Shown here one piece after another: positions 17,989-26,584 of a DNA stretch of 64,000 nucleotides. The translations under genes were made by a program, and so were the position numbers. Source of the stretch: a virus (Duplodnaviria; Caudoviricetes); IMG/VR virus record IMGVR_UViG_3300014204_005796, positions 1-64,000 of that record; one strand, 5' to 3'. The stretch's first letter is position 1. The number at the start of each line of letters is the position of its first letter. The notes under the pieces were generated by a model. That model saw nothing but the letters and a program-made list of their open reading frames with translations, ran no database searches and had not been told where the DNA came from.

Positions 17989-19029
17989 ATGCAAATAATC
18001 CAATCTGGAACAGGCTTTGACAAGAGGGCAGACGTATCCTTTGGCAAAAGCGGAGAAATAAACGCTTTTGACAAACAGGACGCGATGTCGCGCATTGCAA
18101 AATACCTGACAGCCGCTGAACAGCCGACGTACGACGAAAGGGTTTCAAACCTTTTCACTGAAGAAGAAAAGACTCACCTGATTAACAAATTCGCATCACC
18201 AAATGTAAGGCTTGCAATTGGCCAGGCCATGGCTTCTCCGTTAAAGACATTCTTAGAATATAAGGGTGTTATGAGGCGTGCGCTGAAAGTTGACCCGATG
18301 GCTCCGGGCGCTGTACCTATCTATGATAGGGATACAGAAGAAATATCGGCTGAGGCTATCGCTTCCCAGAGCGCTATCACTCAGACAAAAATAATCGGCG
18401 AACGTATTATGGTTCCCGTATTCGAAATCGCGGCTAACCCCACGATTAAGTTACGTGAAGTCAAAATACGTAGGTTTAACATAATCGACCGTATCCAGGT
18501 AAGGACAAGGCAGTTCATGCAGGAAGCTGAAGATGCAACAATCATCAACTTGCTGAACACCGCGTCTACACTTGTGAACAGCGCGATTAGCGTTAACACC
18601 TCAACGTCGGGAACCGGCGCGAACAGCCTCGGTTACATCCAGAGAAAAGACCTTGTGAAGCTCGCAAGGGAAATCGAACAGCATGACTTGTTCGCAGTAT
18701 CAATGTTCTTCTCGATCTACAGATACGCGGACATTAAGCAGTGGGGAACCACAGAACTCGACCTCGTGACGATGAAACAAGTAATCGACACAGGCCTTGT
18801 TGCTCAGCTCCACGGCCAGAACATCTATGTGACCAAGAAAATGGCTCACAACACGGTGCTCTGCACTTCAGATCCCGACTACGTTGGCGTAATGCCCGTG
18901 TACCAGGATATCGAAGTGATACCTGCTGATTTACCGTGGGAAACTGCGTTCGGTTGGGCGTTTACGGAACTTATAGGGATGACAGTTTTCAACCCTAAAG
19001 GTGTGAGCAAATTGACCGTAACAGCATAG
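17989..19029 (+). CDS. Major capsid protein (HK97 fold)
   Basis: 346 aa; MASPL...LEY.GV.RRALKVDP...GA.PIYDRD, VPVFEIAANP.I.L.E...RRFNIIDR; position in head module. Confidence 0.88.
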   Translation: MQIIQSGTGFDKRADVSFGKSGEINAFDKQDAMSRIAKYLTAAEQPTYDERVSNLFTEEEKTHLINKFASPNVRLAIGQAMASPLKTFLEYKGVMRRALKVDPMAPGAVPIYDRDTEEISAEAIASQSAITQTKIIGERIMVPVFEIAANPTIKLREVKIRRFNIIDRIQVRTRQFMQEAEDATIINLLNTASTLVNSAISVNTSTSGTGANSLGYIQRKDLVKLAREIEQHDLFAVSMFFSIYRYADIKQWGTTELDLVTMKQVIDTGLVAQLHGQNIYVTKKMAHNTVLCTSDPDYVGVMPVYQDIEVIPADLPWETAFGWAFTELIGMTVFNPKGVSKLTVTA

Positions 19030-19041
19030 TTTCAAAGAAGC

Positions 19042-19070
19042 TTGACTGAGTCAAGTTTCTGACATACACT
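19042..19070 (+). promoter_or_regulatory. Sigma70-type promoter for the HNH gene, overlapping a near-palindrome
   Basis: TTGACT-N17-TACACT; the -35 sits in AGAAGCTTGACTGAGTCAAGTTTCT, an imperfect inverted repeat. Confidence 0.6.
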
Positions 19071-19117
19071 TAATATGGAGGGGTAGGAAACTACCCCTCC
19101 TATTAAGCTAATAGGAG
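19071..19117 (+). promoter_or_regulatory. Two mutually exclusive hairpins; one is a possible MCP terminator, the other sequesters the HNH RBS
   Basis: GGAGGGGTAG-GAAA-CTACCCCTCC versus CTCCTATTA-AGC-TAATAGGAG. Confidence 0.65.
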
Positions 19118-19127
19118 TGAGATAAAC

Positions 19128-19718
19128 ATGCCAACTCATAGTCCGGAAGAATCAAAGCGATACCGCGAGAAGCATCGCGAAGAGATCAAGATTCGAAAGC
19201 GCCTAGATTACTTGAAGCATAAAGAAGCATATAAGGCTCGCGCCGAGAAGAACGAACTTAAATATCGTTCCACGCCGGAAAGTTTAGCCGCTTTTCTAGC
19301 TTTGAAGCGCACGCACGACGCAAAGTATCGTAAGAAACCAGAACGTCGAGTTTGGAAGAAGAAATACATGGAATCATATCGGGCGGCCAACCGTGAGAAG
19401 TTCACGGAGTACGAACGCCGCCGGAACGCTAAGAAATATGGCGTCGCTTACGAGAAAGTGGATTATGAAGCTCTTTACAAGGCTTCTCCGGAATGCTTTT
19501 ACTGCGGGAAGCACTTACAGAGGAACGAAGTGCACTACGATCACCATATTCCGCTTAACCGCGGTGGCGCTCATATTGCATCAAATATCAAGGTATCCTG
19601 TGCGCCTTGCAACTTAAGCAAGCACGACAAGATGCCTGAAGAATTCGAACTTATAAGGGCCAGGGCAGGAGAACAAAGCGTAGGCATGCGCTCTCACTCG
19701 CCTGCTTCGGCCTTTTAA
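19128..19718 (+). CDS. Free-standing HNH endonuclease
   Basis: CFYCG..DHHIPLNRGGAH..SNIKVSCAPCNLSK; basic helical N-terminus. Confidence 0.92.
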   Translation: MPTHSPEESKRYREKHREEIKIRKRLDYLKHKEAYKARAEKNELKYRSTPESLAAFLALKRTHDAKYRKKPERRVWKKKYMESYRAANREKFTEYERRRNAKKYGVAYEKVDYEALYKASPECFYCGKHLQRNEVHYDHHIPLNRGGAHIASNIKVSCAPCNLSKHDKMPEEFELIRARAGEQSVGMRSHSPASAF

Positions 19719-19872
19719 ACTACCGCGGCAGCCCCAGTGGCGTTACCGCGTAATGCCGGCAAACGCCGGCGCTACTCATGCACAACCACATGGGTATCTC
19801 CTTTCAGGTGCCCCCGGGCGCAATAGCGTCGCGGGGGTTAAAGTAACGCGGCCGGCAGCGCTTCGGCCCTTA
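19654..19872 (+). ncRNA. Candidate structured non-coding RNA (family not recognised; strand assumed)
   Basis: GC-rich; closing stem TAAGGGCC/GGCCCTTA; internal hairpins GGCGTTAC/GTAATGCC, GCCGGC/GCCGGC, TACTCATG/CATGGGTA, CCCCCG-GGCGC/GCGTC-GCGGGGG. Confidence 0.45.
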
Positions 19873-19896
19873 CATAAGTAAAGTTGAGGTATTTAA

Positions 19897-20718
19897 ATGG
19901 CCCTACCGAAGCCTACTAACCTATTAGCAGATTATGAGCAACTTGCGCAGGATAAGTTTTGCGTGACTTTAGGATGGGAGCCTGTTGAGGGCGCCCACCA
20001 CTACAAGTTGTTTCGCGATACGGATGTTTTAGAAATAGAAGCTCCCTTCCAGTATAAAACTGTCGAAGGGAAACAATTTATCATATATAGAGACGTCGAG
20101 GCATGGTTTGCCGGACAGTCTCTTGATTTATTTTATTGGGTAGCCGCTGTTGAGGCCTTAACCGGCTCCAGTGGAGCTATAACTTATGAAGATGGCACCC
20201 TTTCAGACGCCATAACCAACCTGCATCCCTTTGGCCTCCGCGTGATCGAAGAAGCACGCTCGCTTATTGGTGATGACCTTCGCATATTTAATGACAAAGC
20301 TGGTACTGTTAAAGAGCAAATCAGCATTTATAATTACAAAATCGCCATGGACCAGGCTATGAACAAAATTAACTCCACACCTACCTGGACCGAATACACA
20401 TACGGAACCATCCCTCATCAGTTTAAGAATCTTTTGACTATAGGGACATTAAGTTACGTTTTACCCAAGCTTATTCTGTTGGAAAAAGCAAAGGCTATGC
20501 AGTTCTCTGACCAGGGACAGCAATGGACACCTCCGGATCTCTCTGCCGCGTTCGAAAAGATGCTTGATGACTACCGCAAAGACTTTGATGATATGCGCAA
20601 AGAGATAAAACATAACGTTCGTCCGTATCCTGTGGCCGTAGGGTCCTTACGTGCATTGTTTATGAGCCCTCAAATGTTAAAATGGCGTCACGTACCTACA
20701 GGTAGAAATTTCTTCTAG
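19897..20718 (+). CDS. Head-tail adaptor/neck protein with N-terminal FN3-like domain
   Basis: LGWEPVEGAHHYKLFR..YWVAAV FN3 pattern; IN.TP..T.Y...P.., F.D.G....PPDLS C-terminal region; first structural gene after MCP. Confidence 0.65.
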   Translation: MALPKPTNLLADYEQLAQDKFCVTLGWEPVEGAHHYKLFRDTDVLEIEAPFQYKTVEGKQFIIYRDVEAWFAGQSLDLFYWVAAVEALTGSSGAITYEDGTLSDAITNLHPFGLRVIEEARSLIGDDLRIFNDKAGTVKEQISIYNYKIAMDQAMNKINSTPTWTEYTYGTIPHQFKNLLTIGTLSYVLPKLILLEKAKAMQFSDQGQQWTPPDLSAAFEKMLDDYRKDFDDMRKEIKHNVRPYPVAVGSLRALFMSPQMLKWRHVPTGRNFF

Positions 20719-20749
20719 GAAACATTAATAAATAGCGAGGTAGCAATAA

Positions 20750-20887
20750 ATGAAAAAACTATTCTTAGTTTTACTTATAATGTTTCCTTTTATATTGTGT
20801 GCTGCAACTCAATATCCAAATGGCGTTATTGCCGTCTGGGAAGACAGCGGCACTGACATAATAAATGGTTATAATGAGCTATGTTAA
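20750..20887 (+). CDS. 45-aa ORF that is mostly a signal peptide (possible remnant), absent from ORF track
   Basis: GAGGT RBS; MKKLFLVLLIMFPFILCAATQYPNGVIAVWEDSGTDIINGYNELC. Confidence 0.5.
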   Translation: MKKLFLVLLIMFPFILCAATQYPNGVIAVWEDSGTDIINGYNELC

Positions 20888-21092
20888 TTTTAAGTGCGCC
20901 GGAGATATTGGACCTACACCGGACATTTACATACTAAAGGGCAAAGGTATGAATGTTTATCGTGGAGATACCTCTATAGTTATGACGCCAGAAAAGGCTA
21001 AAATGTTTTATAATTACCAGGAAGCTAAGGAATTTGCGCAAAAGTATCCCGGTGTAAGCGGGTGGGACGTTATAAGTTCCAAAGGAGTATAA
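20874..21092 (+). CDS. Candidate internal head protein (leader MSYVNFKCA)
   Basis: Start reassigned to ATG 20874 because of the shared leader motif. Confidence 0.6.
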   Translation: MSYVNFKCAGDIGPTPDIYILKGKGMNVYRGDTSIVMTPEKAKMFYNYQEAKEFAQKYPGVSGWDVISSKGV

Positions 21093-21599
21093 ATGAGTTT
21101 TATAAACTTTGCTGGACCTATGTTCAAACTACCGGATGGATCCGGATGTTTTACGGCAACAATTGACACAGATAAAAAGGCTGATAAGAAGACTAAGAAA
21201 AAGGCTGATAATGACCCGGTGGCCGAATGGGCACTCCCGCGTAAAGGCTATCCAATGACGAACGGTGCCTCACGAGTATTTATCAGTCTGAAGACAGCAA
21301 ATGTTGAACTTTTAAACATGGCCCAGCGGGTAATAGACGCATTTGAGAAAATTAAGTCTGAAGAGGGTATAGACGAGGGTAAAATTCTGTTTTTTCAGGG
21401 AGGGCTTAGGCAGAGGGTTAACGACTATGAGCACCAAAGAATTACAGCAGAAGACTTGCAGGAAACTGTAGAATATGCTAAACATATAATTGAGAAGTAC
21501 AGGGAAGAGGTTCCACCGGTATCTGAAGAGCAAAAGCTCACAGAGTCCGAAGAATACAGGCGTGATTTGTATCCACGCCCGCCGCAGGAGGCGATTTAA
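21093..21599 (+). CDS. Candidate internal head protein (leader MSFINFA; DKKA and LKTA sites)
   Basis: AAGGAG RBS; shared leader. Confidence 0.65.
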   Translation: MSFINFAGPMFKLPDGSGCFTATIDTDKKADKKTKKKADNDPVAEWALPRKGYPMTNGASRVFISLKTANVELLNMAQRVIDAFEKIKSEEGIDEGKILFFQGGLRQRVNDYEHQRITAEDLQETVEYAKHIIEKYREEVPPVSEEQKLTESEEYRRDLYPRPPQEAI

Positions 21600-21802
21600 T
21601 GCTAGCTAAATGGAGTGACATGCTTTGTAAGGTAGTTCAAAACCTGCTATCCAGGACATTTTTGATGGTATTGCTTTGTACTGTATCGGTTATTTGCAAG
21701 TGGATTGATTCTCCCACTTATCAGATGCTCATAGCTGTGGGTGTGGGTGTATTACAAGGTAAGAAATACATGGATAAAAAAGCAGGTAAGGAAAACGACT
21801 AA
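21599..21802 (+). CDS. Small two-helix membrane protein, holin-like
   Basis: LLSRTF followed by two hydrophobic segments and a charged C-terminus (KKYMDKKAGKEND). Confidence 0.5.
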   Translation: MLAKWSDMLCKVVQNLLSRTFLMVLLCTVSVICKWIDSPTYQMLIAVGVGVLQGKKYMDKKAGKEND

Positions 21803-22650
21803 TGAGTATGCTGAATTTTACCCGTATAGCAATCATGGACACTTTGGACTTATTCGAAAAAGACGTTCTTGCAATGCCGGAAATTACCACAGAGATTCTT
21901 ATACAGCTGGCGCAAAAGCATGGATTCCGCGTTAAAGATGAAGGTCACATAATGAAAGACGTTGACTCTTTTAAGCGGGGCCATCTCACCAAAGACCAGT
22001 TGTTCTCCCAGGTAGTTTTAAATGGTCTCAATATAAAGCATCCAAAGGATCCGGGCGGACCTATTATGGAATATCCTGAAGTACCACCACCTAATAAACT
22101 TTCAAGCCTCGTAAACTTCAAGCGGGATAGTTTTGAATTGCCACAGCAGTTATTGCAAAAGTACGAAGATTTTTCTAACCCGTTGAAACAACTACTGGAT
22201 AAAGTTCACAGTATCAATCCACAGGCCGCAGATTTCCTGGCAAATCATAAGAGTGAAGTGGCAAATTACATAGGGGAGATGCAGCGTAAACGCATGCTAA
22301 ATTACGACGAGATGGCGAAGCGTCTGGTTAATGTTTTATCCCCCACAAAGCAGGGAGGTTTTATAATGCCGGATTTCATAAGACTTGCAGCCGAAGCACT
22401 GCCGCAGGTAGACTCCGAAATAAAAGGTACGCCTGAATTTGGTAAAAAGACGGAAATTCACCTCAGTGTGACTTTTCCCAGCGGCCTTGAATATAAGCAA
22501 GCAAATAAACTTAAAGTAAAGCTCGAAAAGCTGGTTCAAAAAGCTCTTAGAGATAATACAGAATTTGAGTATAGTGTACATATTAACGAAACGGTGGCGC
22601 GTACGCCCAAGAAGAGCAGTTCTTTTATAGTGTTTGAAAAGTTGAGTTAA
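21802..22650 (+). CDS. Candidate internal head protein with repeated leader-like motifs
   Basis: MSMLNFTRIA at N-terminus; internal SSLVNFKR, MPDFIRLA, SSFIVFEK. Confidence 0.65.
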   Translation: MSMLNFTRIAIMDTLDLFEKDVLAMPEITTEILIQLAQKHGFRVKDEGHIMKDVDSFKRGHLTKDQLFSQVVLNGLNIKHPKDPGGPIMEYPEVPPPNKLSSLVNFKRDSFELPQQLLQKYEDFSNPLKQLLDKVHSINPQAADFLANHKSEVANYIGEMQRKRMLNYDEMAKRLVNVLSPTKQGGFIMPDFIRLAAEALPQVDSEIKGTPEFGKKTEIHLSVTFPSGLEYKQANKLKVKLEKLVQKALRDNTEFEYSVHINETVARTPKKSSSFIVFEKLS

Positions 22651-22655
22651 TAGTT

Positions 22656-23411
22656 ATGAGCTTTGTGAACTTTAAAGCCGCTGGATGGTTTGACGCTAAG
22701 CCGCGCCAGAACCCGCTCTTAAAAGCTCCACCGGTATTGCCAAAGCGGACGCCTCAACCACTAGGGGCGTTATCAGGCGTAGTTAATAAAGTGGTGGATT
22801 GGATCAGGCAGCGCGAAATACGCTTAGATTGGAATATGTACAGAGATTTTTTAGCGTCAAAGATATTTGGTAAAAGACCTATGAAGGATTTGAACACTAT
22901 GGCACAGGACGCTTTGTCCAAGTCAAATTCAGGCACTGTTCAGCAGCTCGGAAGACATGCGAATCCTGTGGAGGCTATAAAGGCGGCTATTTCCAAGATG
23001 CTGTTCGAGGACTTAAGCAGGTACTCACGGCCTCGACCGGCTATGGCGTACTCAAACATAAAGGTTATCTTAGCAAATATTCAGGACGCGGGAGTACAAA
23101 TGGACCTCCTGAGCTGGATTAGGCGAACAATAAATGATAATATGCAAAGTACGGTACCAAAGGCACAAAGTTTTATTACGTATCTTAGGGCAATAGAAGA
23201 CCATTACAAAAGACAATTCTCAAAGGACCCAGCTATAAAAGAACAAGCTATAGGGTTGGAACAGGCAAAGAATTACATCTTGGGTGTGCTTGAGGGCCAC
23301 CCAGAACTCAAGGCAGACACACAGAGCCTAAAAAGCGTGACAGAGACCTTATTCAAGGACGACGCGGGAGCTGCTAATGGAAGAGAAGGAACTACTGACA
23401 GTAATTTGTGA
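22656..23411 (+). CDS. Candidate internal head protein (leader MSFVNFKAA)
   Basis: Shared leader; internal AMAYSNIKVILA. Confidence 0.65.
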   Translation: MSFVNFKAAGWFDAKPRQNPLLKAPPVLPKRTPQPLGALSGVVNKVVDWIRQREIRLDWNMYRDFLASKIFGKRPMKDLNTMAQDALSKSNSGTVQQLGRHANPVEAIKAAISKMLFEDLSRYSRPRPAMAYSNIKVILANIQDAGVQMDLLSWIRRTINDNMQSTVPKAQSFITYLRAIEDHYKRQFSKDPAIKEQAIGLEQAKNYILGVLEGHPELKADTQSLKSVTETLFKDDAGAANGREGTTDSNL

Positions 23412-23841
23412 TATTAGCACAAAATTGGGGCACATTGATGGCGTTCTTGTAGCACACTACAAGGCCCTAGATAACCTTATTACGTCTAAAGCTGATAACG
23501 CAGAAATGATAAAGGAAATAAAGGATCAAATATGTGATATGCAGGAAGTTATTTCAGCATTAGATAGGAAACTTACTGCGTCCCTCTTACAGTTGGATTT
23601 TGCTGAAGTTCGTGCCGTAAAAGAGGCCAGGCAAGCAGCTCGTATGAAGGTCATTCTAAAAAGCAAAAAGTTTTCTTGGAAAGACCTATTTGATGTGTTA
23701 AAAGCGTTTTTTACAAACTCTAAGTTTTTAGCATTTCTTGGCCTGCTCATTTTCGTAGGCGTCCTGTTATTGACAAAAGTAATAGATATTAAGACAGTAA
23801 TAGACTGGGTAGGCTGTGCATTAAAAGCTCTAGGAGAATAG
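23377..23841 (+). CDS. Coiled-coil protein with C-terminal transmembrane segment (possible lysis accessory)
   Basis: Heptad-rich N-terminus; FLAFLGLLIFVGVLLLT. Confidence 0.6.
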   Translation: MEEKELLTVICDISTKLGHIDGVLVAHYKALDNLITSKADNAEMIKEIKDQICDMQEVISALDRKLTASLLQLDFAEVRAVKEARQAARMKVILKSKKFSWKDLFDVLKAFFTNSKFLAFLGLLIFVGVLLLTKVIDIKTVIDWVGCALKALGE

Positions 23842-23842
23842 A

Positions 23843-23992
23843 ATGGCATCACACGAGTGTAGTTCTATAGCGCTAAAAAGAGTAAAGACTGACCTTAAAA
23901 AGTCAGTGAACTATAGCGCCGGGTTACTAAAAAGGTTTGTACGCCTTGCAGACAAAAGTGCAAAGTTACTTGTGCATAAGACGGTTAAATAG
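23843..23992 (+). CDS. 49-aa basic protein, absent from ORF track
   Basis: AGGAG RBS; fills the gap exactly; MASHECSSIALKRVKTDLKKSVNYSAGLLKRFVRLADKSAKLLVHKTVK. Confidence 0.55.
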   Translation: MASHECSSIALKRVKTDLKKSVNYSAGLLKRFVRLADKSAKLLVHKTVK

Positions 23993-23995
23993 GCT

Positions 23996-24304
23996 ATGTA
24001 TTATAATATGCTCACAACTATAGCCGCCGAAAGTAGTGATATCTTATTAGAACTACCTAAATACGTAAATCGCTCTTATTCAGAATACGCAGGTTACCAG
24101 AATTGCAGTATCACAAAAGTAGAAGATTCACCAGCGCGGCCTAAAAGTCACTACAAGCTTACAATTAGGGTACTGGATAAAAGCGCACCGTTTAGGTTGG
24201 TGCGCCATGAGACCGTGTCCGGGCCGCATTACTCACAGAAACGTGAGCATTATGCAGTCGGGCCATTTAAAATTGGGGAAGAAGGCGGAGTCATACATGA
24301 GTAA
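23996..24304 (+). CDS. Candidate internal head protein (leader MYYNMLTTIA)
   Basis: Operon position; leader-like N-terminus. Confidence 0.55.
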   Translation: MYYNMLTTIAAESSDILLELPKYVNRSYSEYAGYQNCSITKVEDSPARPKSHYKLTIRVLDKSAPFRLVRHETVSGPHYSQKREHYAVGPFKIGEEGGVIHE

Positions 24305-24746
24305 GATAAACATGAACTTAATAGCAGCGGTAAACGCCGATATTTTTAAGTCAATGCCTGAAAGGGACCAATTTATGTTTATACATGACCATCGCACTGA
24401 AGTTGACCTACTTAGGTCATTGTACCCGGCGGCTGTAGGTGATGTAAACAAGTCATGGATTGTTTCTTACACAAAGGATTCTGAGTTAGCAAACAATCTG
24501 CTACAAAACAGCCCATATCCGACGGTTAAAGTGCGTGCGCTCCAATACGCAGATGACCAACAGGCTATAAAGTCGTTCTTAATGGATTACGCAAACAACC
24601 CGGAGGCCACTAAAGCTATATTTAGTAAGCTCAAACCAGAGGATAGTACTATGCTAATGCACGCTCTTCAGAGTTTAAACATAACACCAGATACTACCAG
24701 AGAGCAGATGGATAAAAAAACGCGGCAGAACCCGCTAACGGATTAA
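24297..24746 (+). CDS. Candidate internal head protein (leader MSKINMNLIA)
   Basis: GGCGGAG RBS supports ATG 24297 over GTG 24207. Confidence 0.6.
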   Translation: MSKINMNLIAAVNADIFKSMPERDQFMFIHDHRTEVDLLRSLYPAAVGDVNKSWIVSYTKDSELANNLLQNSPYPTVKVRALQYADDQQAIKSFLMDYANNPEATKAIFSKLKPEDSTMLMHALQSLNITPDTTREQMDKKTRQNPLTD

Positions 24747-24759
24747 AATAGGAGGCACT

Positions 24760-25647
24760 ATGTTTCAAAAACGCGCAGACTGCGCCATACTTGGCGTGAA
24801 AGATAAACCTATGAATTTATTTGAGGAATTGGCGTCCGTGCACGCAACAGACTATGCTAAAATCGCAGCTCTGGAAGAGACTGATGCACGCCATCAGAAT
24901 TACAACTTATATAAGCGCATAGCCGAGAAGAAACCAAATATCTTAGCATTCGCCACGAGGGCTATAAGCGCATATGAGTCTTGGGGTGCAAACAAGAATG
25001 GCGACGCATTTGAGCGTAACCAGCTTGAGCAGTACCACAAGTCGTTCGTCATGCAGCCTCACCTTATGGACCATAAAATGGAAATTCCATATATACGTGG
25101 TTTAATAGCGGCAGCGCATTGGCGTCCTATTAAAACAGCCGGGGAAGGTGATTTCGTAGAAACTTTGATTTTTGTGAATCGGGATGACTTTCCTAAGTAT
25201 GCGTCTCATGTGGAAAACGGCACAATTAACTCATTTTCAATGGGCGTTGAAGTTCAGGAAGCTGAATGTTCCCATTGTCATAATATCGCTCGAAATCCTC
25301 GCGAACTTTGTATCCATGCAGACAAAATGAAAAATCTGTTTGTACAAGGTAAGAAAGTGTTTGAGTTCAATCGAGGTCTAAACTTTATTGAACAGTCATC
25401 AGTTGTATCACCAGCAGACATAGACTCTCATACCCTTTATGTCCTAGCCCATACTAAGACGTCACAGCATGCAGACGTGGAGAGACTTAGAAAAGTAGCC
25501 GCTATACTTAATAGCTACACTGAAGATGAAAAGAACGTTAGATTCGGTGAATATCAGATGTTCGAAGCTTATGCCAATACAGTTGCAGATAGGATAGCCC
25601 AGGATCTTAATATAGATTGGCGGAAAGTGGAGAGGAGCTCATTCTAA
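24760..25647 (+). CDS. Prohead maturation serine protease (HK97/herpes assemblin-like fold) with Zn finger
   Basis: N.NGDAF, LMDH (His), SFSMG (Ser), CSHC..C.H, FIEQSSVVSPAD. Confidence 0.82.
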   Translation: MFQKRADCAILGVKDKPMNLFEELASVHATDYAKIAALEETDARHQNYNLYKRIAEKKPNILAFATRAISAYESWGANKNGDAFERNQLEQYHKSFVMQPHLMDHKMEIPYIRGLIAAAHWRPIKTAGEGDFVETLIFVNRDDFPKYASHVENGTINSFSMGVEVQEAECSHCHNIARNPRELCIHADKMKNLFVQGKKVFEFNRGLNFIEQSSVVSPADIDSHTLYVLAHTKTSQHADVERLRKVAAILNSYTEDEKNVRFGEYQMFEAYANTVADRIAQDLNIDWRKVERSSF

Positions 25648-26180
25648 TGTTATACACAGCAAGAAAGGCCGAGTCTCTACAGATTAAGCAGGCAGCTATT
25701 AAAATGGCAGAGTTCTTACTGCGCAGAGCTAATGCTGATATTGAGCAGTATTTGCGTACTCTTATGAACGAAATGTTTGACCCGCAGAATAGACAGGCCA
25801 TAAAGCGACTTATAACAGACATTAAGAAAGACCAGGCTTTTGATAAGTCTACAGACATATTAAATACGGATATGAATATGCGTGAACAGTTTTTAAATAA
25901 AGTAGATGAGTTGCTTCCCATTATTACACATCCTATTTTACAACAAGACTTATTACAAATGAAAGAACAGATTTTTAAAAATGAACTTAGTCTGCACGAG
26001 GCAGAGGCGCTTTTACAGGCTATACACTTCAAGCAGGCTGACTTTGAGGACATACAGGAGGCTCAGACTGACGTCGGAGACTCTCCGTTGTCTATACGAC
26101 CGGAGCCCAAAGCTCAACCCGCAACAGTGCCGGCTACAAAGCCGTTTGCACCCTTGTGGAGTGACGAAGGAGTTTTATAA
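25647..26180 (+). CDS. Helical head-module protein (IKQA, LRRA, FKQA sites)
   Basis: GAGGAG RBS and TAATG overlap support ATG 25647. Confidence 0.65.
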   Translation: MLYTARKAESLQIKQAAIKMAEFLLRRANADIEQYLRTLMNEMFDPQNRQAIKRLITDIKKDQAFDKSTDILNTDMNMREQFLNKVDELLPIITHPILQQDLLQMKEQIFKNELSLHEAEALLQAIHFKQADFEDIQEAQTDVGDSPLSIRPEPKAQPATVPATKPFAPLWSDEGVL

Positions 26181-26572
26181 TGGCCACCTATGTAAACTTT
26201 AGGAGAATAGCTGAAGTGGATGAAAAAATGATAACTGATTTACTGTTAGACATAGTTAACGACGTTGATCGCTACAAAGTAGCACAGCGGCATAATGCGG
26301 CTGCGGTTTCTAGGGCGCTAAGCACCCGCAGCATTACACTAGACCAGGCAAAACAATATCTTTCGGATATTATGAACAACCATGCTATAACGTTGCCTGC
26401 GGTATCCACGGGAGTTAAAACCGCGGAAGATACGCAGAAACCGGAAGAGATGCCCACACAGTCTAAGGACTTCCCTAAGAAAATAGAAGAGAACGAAGCA
26501 AAGACTGTTAAGCTGAAGCAGATTCAACAGTCTTTACAACAGATTGAAAATTTGGGAAAAGGAAATATATAA
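26180..26572 (+). CDS. Candidate internal head protein (leader MATYVNFRRIA)
   Basis: AAGGAG RBS, TAATG overlap; shared leader; VKTA site. Confidence 0.7.
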   Translation: MATYVNFRRIAEVDEKMITDLLLDIVNDVDRYKVAQRHNAAAVSRALSTRSITLDQAKQYLSDIMNNHAITLPAVSTGVKTAEDTQKPEEMPTQSKDFPKKIEENEAKTVKLKQIQQSLQQIENLGKGNI

Positions 26573-26584
26573 AGGAGAATAACC

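Noticed and set aside
19030-19896. Group I intron, tmRNA, SRP RNA or TIGR/CRISPR-like array around the HNH
   Set aside because: MCP and the neck gene both look complete, no conserved cores of these RNAs were recognised, and there is no regular repeat-spacer periodicity.
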